Shown: positions 14,084 to 28,163 of the stretch, piece after piece
Layout of the letters: every line of letters begins with the position of its first letter
Position numbering within the stretch: position 1 is the first letter of the stretch
NCBI GenBank assembly: GCA_964035545.1
Contig: OZ037769.1
Span: 2,480,001 to 2,544,000, forward strand
Length of the DNA: 64,000 bases
Direction: 5' to 3'
Source: Bugula neritina
Lineage: Eukaryota; Animalia; Bryozoa
Notes under the pieces: generated by a model
The model's database searches: none
The model's input: only the letters and a program-made list of their open reading frames with translations
Told to the model about the DNA's origin: nothing
Translations under genes and position numbers: made by a program

Positions 14084-17000
14084 TTATCACCAGAAACATG
14101 AATATTTTTCAGTTAGCAAAATTTACAAAGAAGCAGCTTCAAAAAAAAGAATATTTCAGATGGTGATTTTTATTGACGAGAATATTTTGTATGATGAAGA
14201 CAAGAAGTTGCAGCAGTTATCCTGTACCATGATGTCATGATGTCAAAGAAATAGACAATTGTTTACGGCATTGTCAGGCAGTTAAAAAGCTATTAATTTA
14301 TTCGTAAAATAAAATAAAAAACCAACTTAAAGTTACATAAATAACTAAATAAATTGATTGAAATAACAAAAACTGAAGAATATCTATCTAAACCTTGGCA
14401 ATTAAAACCAGTCAATTCTTTCCATCAACTGATATTAATTTAATAATAATATGTAAAGATGCATTACATTAATTAGCTGCACACGGCTTTTAATTATAAT
14501 TGCTGTCCTTAGATAGACACATACCAGAACCCTAGATTGAATCTGTCACCAAAGTGCAATAATCATATGAAATTAATAATTTCTAATAAAGCAGCATATC
14601 CCACTAACACAGGGGTATGCAACCTTTTCACACCGAGGATCACTGAAATGGAATATTTCATGGCGAGGGCCACTTTGTAAAACTTATCTTGAGCTGGGGG
14701 TTACTTTATTCCAAATCACTTGAATCATTACATAATGAATTCCCAGTAACTACTGCCGGTTGCATGTTTTAGTATGTACATAAATAAGACAGTTAAAAGG
14801 TGGTTTCCCTTCTAATTCATATATGGGTACAAAGTGTTTTTATTTGTTATGCCTTTGAGGGGCACGTAAATGCAGGCTGGGGGCCACATCGACTCTGGGC
14901 TAACACAACAGGCTATTCCATATTTCAACCCATCAATATACTTTTAGATAAAATGAACTTAGAATTTTAATACTCCGGCCACTGAAATACCAACTACCAA
15001 AAATAAGCAATTCATTAACTTTATTTGTAATTATGAAAAGCGAGCTGAGTGTTTGCTGTGTTTTAAAATAAAAATCTTAATTTTCTTCTGATTTGGACAA
15101 AGCAACAGTTACTCCAAATAGGTGAATCTAGCTTCTTCCAGATGAGGAAAGAGAGAAGGCAAACAGATATTATCCCGTGCCACCAGAAACCATCAGATGG
15201 TAAGAGGATGTATCGGCAGTTGCCAAAATGGTGGTTCAACCTTGTCCAAGTTACAAAAACTCTACCTACTGTTTTACAACTGTAAACAGAACTGATTTCC
15301 ACACACAAATAGAATTAAAGAATTAAAAAACATGCTTTTCCTCCTTTGTACAGATTCCTTAATTTAGTTGAATTTCCTGGTATGTAAATTAAATATTCAA
15401 AAAATTAGTCAACTTGAATTAAAAATTTTAGAAGGTTTTACGCTTCATAACTAATAGCAAACAACCTTAACTCTAGAAATTATATTTTGCTGTCAGTTTA
15501 ATGCAATATTATTTACAAGTAAATTGCTAGTAACACATAAAAGCAGTTTTTTATGTGACTTAACCTTTGCATTGCACCACTAATGATCAAACACATTTTT
15601 TCAGTTGAGCTTTCTATTTTCTACTAATTATAATTTATTCAAAGTTTAATCCAAGTCTTTAGGCATTTGTCATACACTTCCTATTGATTTTTCCTTATAA
15701 AAAAAACAGATTTCTGTAATAATTATTATTGTAAGCCTACATAATAGAGTGACTAGCAACATATTAATTACCAAGTTCCCTGTTTGCTCGCCAATAGTTG
15801 TGCATTATCTCACCTATGACTCTACAGTCCTTTATTGTAGTAAAGGAACTCATCTGACGTTTTAGCTTGAATACTTGACTCCAATGAGGCTGTGGCAATC
15901 TAAAAATAAATCCGACCAGGAAATACATAATACATTAAATTATAAATTATACAATATCCAGGGAGGTAGAGTTAGCTCATTAGCCTAGACACAACTATAG
16001 TATGTTTTGTGTGTCAATTTCAATACTACAATTTAGTACTGAATAGATTAGGTATAGTACAGATAATCCAAGTTTTGACAAAATCTTTTGCCGTGAAACT
16101 CAAAACTGCATGTAAAAAATTGAAAGGTAATAATTTCTAATGAATAAAAACATTGCAAATATTACAAAAGCTAAAAAATACTAAAAGTGAAAATGCTGGA
16201 ATTTGCAGTATGAATTCTTGAACTTTAAACTTCATTGGCTAAATTTTATTATTCTACCTCAGAATTATTTTGGATACACTTAGAGGGTTTAAGACCTTAT
16301 TTGATCTAATTACCTTACTAAATAGGATAGGAACTAATTCGCTTCACTATCTAGCTAGCCCTGGTAAGCTAACCACCTGGTAATATCACACTATCTACCC
16401 TCCCTTGCCAAGGATAGACCAGGTTTCAGTACATACGGGTATTATCTCAGTTTAACTACCAATAGGGGATGTGCAATAAACAGCTTGGAAATTGTAATGT
16501 GTTTTAAGGTACTTGAAGTCCGAAAATTAAAAAATAAAAAAGTGGATGTCATGAAAACTCCCTGTTGCACTACTTCTACTAAAAACAAAACTCTGGCGAA
16601 ATAAAAGTAACTATAATGTGGAATTATAGCTCACAGGCAAAATTGAATACTTTTGTAATAAACTTTCAAACTTTACTAGAAGGTTGTACATCAGGATAAA
16701 ACCTGACAAGAATTATATTTCTACTAGATTGTTTAGTTTGTCAATGAATTTTTTATAAACAATTGGGTAAAACTGAAGACCACCTTAAATCACAATGATT
16801 GTTTAGAAGTTTCTAGAATAGATTTAGGAATAAGTGGTATGACACCTACGGGAAAGCAGATAAGTGTAGCTGGATTACACAGATACTTGTAGGAAGCTTG
16901 CATGCAGCTACCAACTCTCTCCGTAATAAAAACAGGTTTATGATTGTAATACTGATAAGCTAAATATACAGTTTAGTTCTCTGCCAATTTTTTCAAATTC

Positions 17001-20000
17001 TTTCTTTTTGGAATCGTTTGAAACTGTTTAGCATGCAGAATCACTTTCTTACATATGAGTATGAATAAGAACTGATACTTGGGGAAAATTAAAATGCTGT
17101 GGTAACTTCCTTTTGAATAAGGTCGAGTGATATCAGCAAGTCATTTAGTAATGACCTCACTTATGAAACACCAACTCAAAATAGCGTGACATTATATTAT
17201 ATAATAATTATTAGATCACACTATATTACATTATATCATCCTTATTGTTTTACATATTGTTGTTTAGAGAGCTTTATCATTGAAACTGATATTATTAACA
17301 GTCTAACAATCTTTTTTTCTAAATTTCATGGCACTAATAGTTAATTTCTATTGTTTTTAATCTGCATAATGAGAAAAGAATGGTGAATGATGAATCATTA
17401 GTTGGCAAAGTGAGGTGATGAGAAGCCAAACTGATAAAGTATATGTAAACTGATTATAGAATAACATTAACATATTTTCCCTTGTCTCTATCTGCTGATT
17501 AATCGTAATAAAATGAGCTTTATAAATAATACAAGAGAGCTTTTATTGAATACTAATTACAGTTCTACCCTCAAATTACTGTATTCACCCAGACTGTGGT
17601 GTGCATCACATTGAAAAATGAATTAAAAGTAAAATTTCATGCAGCTGCTACTATTTTAAATATAAACAGTCATTTTTTGCTTTTATTTGTTGTTTATTCA
17701 ATTTTAAAAATAACTATTTATTGACAGGTTAGTTAGAATTTAGACATCTCTGTATATCTCGACTGTTTAAGATGGAAAGAATTCATTTTTTGCAAGACAT
17801 TAACTTGATAAATATCTTTAGAATGGATCAGCGAATTTGGTCCGTCCAGAAGTCTGTTTTTAGGGTTTATAAACATCTTAGCTGCTCCAGACAGCGCCAG
17901 TAAGGTGTCTGATGGAAAGAAGCCCTAGTGGCACATTTGTAAAGGGATGATGTATGTTTGTGAGCTATTTAATTTTGTAAGAGAGATTAGGTGTGTAATA
18001 AGTATAGATGAGCTGTATTAGTTAATTAACTCCATAATTGGTAGGTTAAATTAATCTAACAATTATTCTTAATTAATAACAATTAGCCTAATAATTAACA
18101 CATAAGTATGATGAATGTCATAAACCCCATAGATGAAAGCGGAGCTGAGTTTTATGTGTATTTGCCCCTGATAATGGCTAATAATTACAACTTAGCAGGA
18201 CATTTAAATATATTTACCTCTAATTAATGGCTACTAAATACTGAATTAAATGTCATGTACAATGATATATTACTGAGTACATCACACGGCTCTTCTAAAG
18301 ACAAGCAATATAAAGGGAAACAAACAAGCTGGCAACATTGAAGGCTTCTTAAAGTTTGAGTTACCTAAAAATACTCAAAGACCATTAGGTACGGGTGTTG
18401 GTAGCTTAATGTTAGTCAACATTTTAATGTTTCTTCATACATTATTGGCAAACTTTAACCTGAAACTAGGCATTGCCTCTGGGCAGAATTAAGCGTACAG
18501 TCATGCTTTTATTTCGGTTTATTGCTTATAAGCAATACTTTCAAACTTAAATGGTGGATTTTTATGTTACATTTACAAAGGGGTATATATAATAAATGTT
18601 ATTCGCTAGCCAAAATATAAAAGATTCAGAACATTTGTTATTAATTTACATATTTAACATAAATGAAGTAGTCAACATGCACCGAAACAACGTCATGCCT
18701 ATTCATTAGCAGTATTATACTCTAACAGAATGTAGATCTTTATCAGAGTGAATGTGTTTTACACCCTTTATTACTACTGATTAGAGTGTGTTATTGGCCC
18801 ATAGAAAAGGTTCAAAAACTTATAATTGACTATATGAGATAAGATCAAGCTAAACCCCTAACATAATCATGTAATTATATAATTAATTTTTATTAAAAGA
18901 ACAAAAGAGGCAAGAAATACTTGACTGCCTACATACTGAAAACATGCTCCCGCGTAGCTTTGTAAGGCGACTGCTTGGAACTGTGTTTGCAATTCCCATG
19001 ATCCCGGCAAACAGAATTGGAATTAATTAAAAAGAAAGAAAAATTAAAAGTAATGTCGTTAATTTAATAATAACTTTCATGCTAAATTTAGATTCAAGAT
19101 AATCGAAATAGTTATTTATATACATCGTATAACTTCCTAGATGTATGATATATTTCATAATAAGCTGCAGGCAGTATTTTAGAGTTTTAGACTGTATAAT
19201 ACACAGCGTTTTGTAACTTCTCAAGGGTATTCGTCAAGAATAACTTCTATGAAAAGGCAACCTTGAAACCTTGGGTTTCAATGACCGATGACACTTAGAA
19301 ATGTGTAGGAAGCTATGAAAATACGAAGTGCTCAGTGGGGATCATTTGTCCAGATTTCTAAACTTTTCATTAAACAATTTCTTATTATTTTTATAAATCA
19401 TTAACACGATTAATTAGAATAATTATCTAAATACAATACAAATGCCCTGAGGCCATCACCATCAATGTTTTAAGACCTTTAGCTATAATTTTCAGCAAGC
19501 CACAAAACAATAAGTGTGATAATGATGATGATTTAAAATCACCTTTGGGGATAGGAAAATGGCCGGAGGCAAAAGTGGTATGGTTAATTATCATTATTTA
19601 AAGCCTAAAGCGTTGAAAGAACGTGAATAACAAATATGAGAACTTGAAAAGGTGGGTCTTAGGAGGGCAACAAATGTATTCATGTATTCATGTCAAGAGT
19701 CATTGCTAGCTGTTTAAACTAAGTTTACATGGTCTGCAACTGTTATTATATCTTAAAAAGATGGTAATGTGATGTCATTATTGGTTTTACTTGTCCCAGA
19801 ACTGAGCTTATGCAATCGTATTGGCATGCTTTTGTAGTTCCCACGCCCAACTTTTATGTTCGTTGTCACAGTATGGAAATGAGATCTTACTCTATTAGAA
19901 ATGAAGTTCCCTCAAGAATCATAGAGTGCATAATGACACTGTAATGACTAGAAATTACTCTGGGGAGGGTGCCATATTGTGTTAAATTTAACCAGAGTAC

Positions 20001-20155
20001 AGAGTACTACTTTATCCAGATTTAAATTACACTTAACAAAACGTAGTGTTTAAAAAAACAGGAAAAAAGCTAACATCACCATCACCTTGTAAGTCAATTG
20101 CCTCAGGAAAACCTAGCCTAGGCTCCACAGATTTGGCTAGGTACTGTCTCATGTA

Positions 20156-20169
20156 GGGGGGGGGGGGGG
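20156..20169 (+). repeat. G14 homopolymer
   Basis: Run of 14 G. Confidence 0.9.
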
Positions 20170-23100
20170 TTTGAAGCAAGTTTATTGCTTTGTGGTTACA
20201 AACTCTTTTTTATATGAACAGAATTATTGATGTGTCTTCAGTTTGATGCATTAAATGATAGAACATGGGCAGCAGATATAATGGTCTTATGTTCTTTTTA
20301 ATAGAGATAATTAAAAAAGTGTTTAATCAGAATAAAACAAATTTATGCAACTTTTAAGGGCATCTCAAATCTATTTTAACATGTATTTTGCATAAATAAA
20401 AAAAGATTTGAAATGTATTTTGAGAAATTGACGAAAATTACCTCCAAATCAAACTGCAAACTGATTTGATTCTGAAAAATTGGTAATGCAATAGTCAAAT
20501 ACTGCTTTTAAAAGGGGTTTACATTTACCATGTTTTAGGGTTAAAAAGGAAATATACCCCAACAAAATGTTTTTGTCCAGCCAATAGTTGAACTTAACTG
20601 TTTTGCACCTGAAGGAAAAGTTTCTTTACTTCCATAACAAAACGCAGTCTGCCAAATTACGGCAAAATATAACAAAAGGAACACATCTGCTAGTATGAAA
20701 AAGAACGTTTATCCTCTTTTGGCCACAAAAAATTGTGTGAAATGTGTATATTTATTGGCTTATATCATATGGAAATACCACCTCAGGTTATAAGGGCAAG
20801 GTTCCTTATTCAGCTATGGAGAGTAAAATAAATATACTGTTCAACAAGTTTTTTGATAACGTATAACAAAAGTAAAAACATGAATTGAACTTTTCTGAAC
20901 CTACTAACTGCATATCTGGCAGCTAATTTTTGCTTTGAATTTCTGAACCAAATATTGGTCTGGCTGTCAAATAGAAAATGAACCATTATATTAATAATAG
21001 CTGACTAATTTGCCTGATGAATACAAATCTATTGACACAAATTGACGCAGTTAGTTGAGTACAGTAATTCATAGAGCATAATAGAATTAAACTGAAATTT
21101 TACGCTCAACGCAGATTTTGCTGATACCATCTTATTAATTAAAATTGAAAAAAATTTAGGCACACATTTGCTTTTCAATGAACAGTTATTTTGCAATAAA
21201 AAGCACGTAGCGCAATGCATTATGAAAGTTGAGTGAACTGTTAACAATGTTTACATTCTACAATCACACACAATCTATGTAATTATTATTGTTCACACGA
21301 ATAACAAAGAGCTAGCAACAGTGTATGGTATCAAACTCATGATCAAAGATATCGGCATTTAACTCGTTATAAACAATATAATAATGAATGCATACCTTTC
21401 ATTGATGATTTGATATAAACAACAACATATGAAATTAAAATTCATAAACACAAATTTTGTAAAGAAATTACTAGTTAAATGCTGATTATTCTTAGAGACA
21501 CGGGTTCATTGTTTATGTATTTATATTCACGGGTTTGAGCAAGTTGAATAAAAGTTGATGTTTTTAGAACCAATTGGTTGCTTATTTAAGGGAGTTTATG
21601 CGCCAGACTAGCCTCTATCAAGACTCCTGCAGTTGATTGGCTTCATTTGTGTATAATAGGCTATATTTATATGAATTATGAATAAAAACATCGGTACTGA
21701 TTGAACATTTAGGTAGAGATAAGATCAAAAATTATTGTTGTTATCAAAAGAAGAATTAGTAATTGTAATTAAAATTAACAAGAGTAGAGTATGACAATGT
21801 GTGGAGCGCTCTTGCTAACTCAAATCCGGTGTGAATAGGCAACAGTCTCACCCATGTCTGATTTTATAATAAAGCAAAGGGTTCACACAATTAGTGCAAA
21901 TAATTTTTTAATATGACTTTAGAATGAATAGGATGTGCGTACAAACCTATTGTGTTGAGAGATGTTCAATGTAGATATATCATAATTATAATCTATAAAA
22001 TACTACAATAGCTGTATTTACGTCCATCGGCAACTTACTTTATCGGCCACTCATCTGTTTACATTGCTAACCAATCTTGACTTTCCAACAATTACTTTGT
22101 CAGCAAAAAATCAACTTTAATTCACTAAACCCTAATACAATAAACCAGAAGCACATGTAAAACAAAAGATTAAGATAATTTAATGTATTTAATTTGTATC
22201 AGTTAAACAATAATGCTAACGGCTAGACTTATCAGGTGCAGGGCTAATGACAAGAGCTTTCCTAAACAATGTGCTGTATTTTAAAAGAACTTAAAATCTT
22301 AAAGAAAACAATAGAAAAATTAAATCAGATACTCTAAAACTGTTACAAGCAAAACTCTAGTGTGATTGAGGGCTTCATTTGTATAGAGCACTAATTCAAC
22401 TCGCTGCTTCAAGTATTTTCACTGAAGCAGTATATGATATTAACTCATGAACCTTCAAACAATCTTTATCACAGTGTAGTAATAAACTTGCTTTTAATAT
22501 TAATTAATGAATATAGACTAATAAAAGCCAGAATGATAATTAGGGGAAATAAAATGGAATTTAAGATTTTAATTACAGTTTCAAAGGGGAGTTATGCACA
22601 GTTGTGGTGGGATTGTGCTGCATCTTAAGAACTACCACCACTTCACGGCTCTTGGAATCATAAAGCCTAACCTCTACACTTCAATTAACTCCTGAAACTA
22701 TATAAAGAGTAAATATAATGTTTAAAAAAATTAATGGATTTACTGAGTAATTAAACCCTTGAGATGGTTAGCTTGTATGCATTAATTACCAACATCCTGG
22801 TTGGACATTGTTGAAGTTTAGTAAACATTTTGAATTGTGTGCCAAGCGTGTATACTACTAGCAGTTGAAGGAAATCTCCTTATTGATCAGCAGGTATGAC
22901 ACGCAACTCGCTCACAACTCCATGTTCTACATAACGCACACTCTCATTTCCTCAATTAATAGCTGATCAAATTTATGTTGTCACCGGACATACATTGCCC
23001 ACTATTAACATGACCAGATGCTTAGTTATGGTGACATGAAAAGAGATACAAAATACACTAAAACTGAACAGGATAAATAGATTTTCAGCTAATGGATTTG

Positions 23101-23319
23101 TTTTGTTGACTGATTTTGTAACTCGAGTTGTACATAATAAACAAATGTGTTTAAAATAAACCTAGCACTAGAAAATGTCATTTTGTACTCATGAAATCAC
23201 AGCTATTAGAATTGAACAAGTTAGAAATATTATACATGATATTACAGCTGTAAGAATTTGGTAGCTCCAAAATACTAGGACTTCTCGCTAGAACAAGTAT
23301 GGGGAGGGGGGGAGACCAC

Positions 23320-23410
23320 CCACTGTGTACTAGCTACTTATAGTAATATTGACTACACACTGTGTACTAGCTATTCAGTACTATTGACTATACATTGTGT
23401 ACTAGATATA
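23320..23410. repeat. Degenerate ~37-bp tandem repeat
   Basis: Three copies of a CACTGTGTACTAG-like core. Confidence 0.65.
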
Positions 23411-25171
23411 TACGCAGTACTATTCCCTAAACACTGAGCACGTTATTTACTAAAATTACTAAAATAGGAATTATGCCAACAAACTACATAGAGTTGCCTA
23501 CTCTTTGACATTATAATTCAGTTCTTTACTTCTAATCTGTAATATTTACAGTTCATATTAACTTTCAGCATTTTCAATATTATACAAAGTTTCATAATAA
23601 ATGTCATGTGATTGAAAAAAATTGTTCAAATCCTACTTCCTAATAATTTCCCAACCAATCTGGGCTTCTTACTGTCTATACAATTAGTTATACTTTTTAT
23701 TACAAGTTTGTGATAAACGCTTGAATTTGAAAACTTTTTTTCTTAAGGGAGCCTAAACCCCAATTAGCATATATATCTAGCTCTTATGGCGTTAAATTTC
23801 CTGGTCTAGGTTTGAAAACCCACCACTTCGTCACTGTACAGTATTGCATGCCATCATCACTAACTCTACTTGCAGTCCAACTATCATCTATTTTCAGTGC
23901 ATTATTTTAACAGCTAAAGTCAAGTCAGACGCCAACTTTCACCAAGCAAATAAATCAAACTATTGCAAAACAAATTCATTAGCATTGGTTAGACGAGCAT
24001 TCCAGTAAAGAAATGACACCTAAATTAATCATCATACCCATGACAATAAACAATGAGCATGACAATAGTTATTGGCTGAAATTACTTCACTTTGCATTCT
24101 AATTACTGATAAATACCAAACTTCAACTTCACCATCCTCCCAGCAACAAGCTGTCTCTGCATTGCAATGCACTCGGTTGTTAGAATTGAAAAGGGGCTCT
24201 TCAAGTTTAGTTCAATATGCATAACTTAAGTGGCATTTTAAATGCAAGACCTTTAGAGTTTTCTCCTCTTAACCATAAGACAAAAGTAGTATTATCTAAA
24301 GCACACCTGATGTTGTAACTTTGCATTTTATCTCATTGTGATGGCGAATAGTTAACAATTTATTGGTCTTCAACTGAATTTTTAAACCGATAAGAATACC
24401 AACTATTTTGAAACAATACCCAAACATCGAAACATTGTACTTCAAAAAATCCGTGTGCCATTTATAAACACCATTAGCTTTTTACTATTTATACATTCAA
24501 CATTACGCTTTCAAATTACATGAAGTCAAGATTCTTAGGAGCAGATCTTCATACTGCTTCACATTACAGTTACAAAATAAGCTTTGGTTATGATCAGCAA
24601 AATTACTAGACCAACAAATTTCACACTAACTATTGAAGTATAGATAACACATTCAACGATATTTTTAATTAACCTGGGAACTGTTTGAAACTTTAAAGTA
24701 TTTTACTAAAACATAAAAACATGAAACAGTTTTTAGTTGTGTTGAGTCAATCATCTCACAAGTTCTCTAACTTTTGTAGCAACTCTGTGAAAGGTCTGGT
24801 TACTGATTATATATTCAACAGAAAGTAATAGGTTTGCTAAATCAACTTTAGAACACGAAATTCATACAACTATGCAGGGTAAGTTCAATTAACTATCATC
24901 AATATTTCAAACTTTGATATTTAATTTATACATTTTAATTTATAACACATGTGATGCTGTCTTATGTAAAATTAGTAAATGATTCTCCATTTAGTAAATA
25001 TATGTAGTTGATGTACTTATTTTCAATCTGAATGAAATTATATTCAATTTTATTTACATCTTCATGCTTACAATAATGTTAATTAACTGCATCACATATA
25101 GCTTATTTATTATACAAAATGCAGCTTCATTATGATAATTATCATTTGGAAGATTTAATTACAATGAGTAC

Positions 25172-25553
25172 TGCTACCTACCACCACCCCTACTACTACC
25201 TACTACCACCCCTACTACTACCCCTACTACTACCTACTACCACCCCTACCACCCCTACTACTACCCCTACCACCTCTACTACCACCCCTACTACTACCCC
25301 TACTACCACCCCTACTACTACCACCACCCCTATTACCCCTACTACCACCCCTACTACCACCCCTACTACCACCCCTACTACCACCCCTACTACCACCCCT
25401 ACTACTACCTCTACTACCACCATCATAACTACTACCACTACCACCCCTATTATTAGTACCACTACCCCTACTACTACCACAACTACTACCATTGCCACCA
25501 CAACTGCTACTATACCCCTATGACTGCCACTACCACCATTACCACTACTACTA
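25172..25553. repeat. (CCCCTACTACCA)n 12-bp/trinucleotide-derived repeat
   Basis: Directly visible; explains the poly-Thr/Pro and poly-Val ORFs. Confidence 0.95.
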
Positions 25554-26840
25554 ATATATTAATATGTAAATTATTTTAAACATATATTTTTAGTGAATAG
25601 GGAAAAAAATATGCACCTTACAATTCCAAAAGCAAGGAATTAATATTTCTATGAACAGGTTATTGTTTTACCAAAAGTCATAATTTTGTCCATGGTCCTG
25701 CTTTGTTTTTAAAGATATAAATGAACTGTTCATTGAAACTTAAAATTTATTCATGAAAATCAGAAAGTCTATTACAGTGTTTGTAGTCTTGTCTTGAAAG
25801 AGTTGAATGAAGCGACTCACATTGACAGTAAATCTCTTTTTGGTCCAGCTCATGAATTAAAATGAATTTCATTAATTAATCTTGATTCTTTTTTACATTT
25901 CCTACCAACTGCATGTTTGACAATTCTGTACATGTATAAAGAATAAATTAGGCTGTGTGAAACTGGCCAATTAGCATAACAAAATACTTAACCCATACAA
26001 ATTGCATCGCATTATGATGATTACATAACAGCTGGACTTCAATTTTTTTTAAATGAATAAATTGTGGGCTAGCAAGACTGGTGGGAACAGTTACTGATTC
26101 TGCATCTGCACTACTTTTTACTGCTTCAAGCAGAAACACAGTTGACCTTGTTGACCTTTGATGTGACCAAATACCTGTGATTCTTGCGGGAAGGCTGCGG
26201 TGGCTACAGGTAAAGCAGTGCCAAATGCCGCTATGATCACCAGAGTATGAATGGGCAGCCGAAGTCTAGGATTCTTTCTCAGGAACTTGGTCCTAGGAAC
26301 AGAAATAGTCTTGAAATTCTAGCTAGCTATTCTCATATGGGTCATTTTACTTAATTTAGTACACACTGGAAATCTCCAGTTTTTAGCTATTTTTTACAAT
26401 TTAGCTGCTAATGAACATGGCTTTTTGCCCAAAACTAGTAAAATATGAATGAATACACCTAAATAATCAAGGTTCTGCTTAATTTTGCTTGATTTCCCAT
26501 GTTTTTTTTCTAATTATTCAGCCACTTTTGATTTCCAGAGTTATGGTTTTTTCATAACACTCTGCAATCAAAAGTAGCTATTCTCATATGCGTGCATCAA
26601 TAGTGAAAGTATTAAGTTCTACACCGATTGGCTATAAGTAAGGCTACACAGTGAAGTTTTCTGCTAAACTTATTCTCACAATACAAGTTATTAATGGACA
26701 AGACCATAATTTGTTGTCCTTAAAATTTGAAAACAAAAACCTTAAAGACTTGCAAGTAAAAAGAATATAAAATGTACTTTAGTTGTTAACTTAAAGATTA
26801 CTACTGCATGACCTAACTGCCAAATCCTTGAAAATATAAG

Positions 26841-26942
26841 CTATAAATAGGTAGATTTTCATAATTATGATGTCGTCTCTCAAGGGGCAAAGAGTAAAAA
26901 AAGACCCAAAAACATTCATAAATCATCCAGTGCTATAAATAG
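26841..26942. promoter_or_regulatory. Paired MEF2 consensus sites
   Basis: CTATAAATAG at 26841-26850 and 26933-26942 (consensus YTAWWWWTAR). Confidence 0.5.
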
Positions 26943-27638
26943 CTGCAATTCAGGGGCTTCTAATGCAAATTATATAAAACAGTGTAGCCCATTTTACCTC
27001 CAAAATTAGCATAACAATAAGAAAAACATCAATTATAATCATTCCAGAAGGTTTATATCTACAACTTCAAACAAAGTCAAGCTGCCCAAAAAATATTTTG
27101 CAACATTAATTTAATCCGCCTTTCGCATTAACATAAAGAAGTCGCCATTGAACAAATCTTAAGATATGCTTATTTGGTCCCTCAAATGAAACACACAAAC
27201 ATAAAAAATGAAATAAATAAGAAAATACAATGAGTAATCTCACTTCTCCAGGTAAGCCATTATGGATGGTGGAATCAACAGGATGGGGGCAGAAAGGATG
27301 ACCCTGGTGAGTGCAGTAAAGGTAACAGCCTGCGTATATAAAGATAAAATTATATTATAATTATTTAAATATATATTGCAGTATGTTAGATAATACCATA
27401 AACTCTGGAGTATTTTAAAATTAAGTTACATAATAGAACTGTTCACTGGATGGTTAATTCTGAAATCGGTATAATCTACCATAAGTGCTGGAAAGTTGGA
27501 AAAATAATCCACAACTACTATTTATATATATTGCCATGTATGAAAAGGAATTGTTATGTTGCTATAAAAGATACTTGAGATAATGTAGTACAAATATAAT
27601 TTCAAAGTGAAATGGGAACTTGAAGTATAGTAGTGGTA

Positions 27639-28163
27639 ATACAGAGTGTATACTATACAGAGTGTATACTATACAGAGTGTATACTATACAGAGTGTATA
27701 CTATACAGAGTGTATACTATACAGAGTGTATACTATACAAGGTGTATACTATACAATGTGTATACTATACAGAGTGTATACTATACAGAGTGTATACTGT
27801 ACAGAGTGTACAGAGTGTATACTATACAATGTGTATACTATACAATGTGTATACTATACAATGTGTATACTATACAATGTGTATACTATACAATGTGTAT
27901 ACTATACAATGTGTATACTATACAATGTGTATACTATACAATGTGTATACTATACAAGGTGTATACTATACAATGTGTATACTATACAAGGTGTATACTA
28001 TACAATGTGTATACTATACAGAGTGTATACTATACAGAGTGTATACTGTACAGAGTGTACAGAGTGTATACTATACAATGTGTATACTATACAATGTGTA
28101 TACTATACAAGGTGTATACTATACAATGTGTATACTATACAAGGTGTATACTGCAGGTATACT
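27639..28163. repeat. 16-bp minisatellite TATACA(GAG/ATG/AGG)TGTATAC
   Basis: About 32 units, period 16; each unit is internally self-complementary. Confidence 0.97.

Noticed and set aside
13932-14240. 102-aa ORF as a transposase
   Set aside because: Crosses the MITE boundary and has no DDE or DNA-binding motif.
18520-18537. 18-bp perfect palindrome TATTGCTTATAAGCAATA
   Set aside because: Roughly one palindrome of this length is expected by chance in 64 kb of AT-rich DNA.
25119-25523. Mucin-like Thr/Pro ORF and antisense poly-Val ORF
   Set aside because: Translation of a simple repeat; no signal peptide or supporting exon structure.
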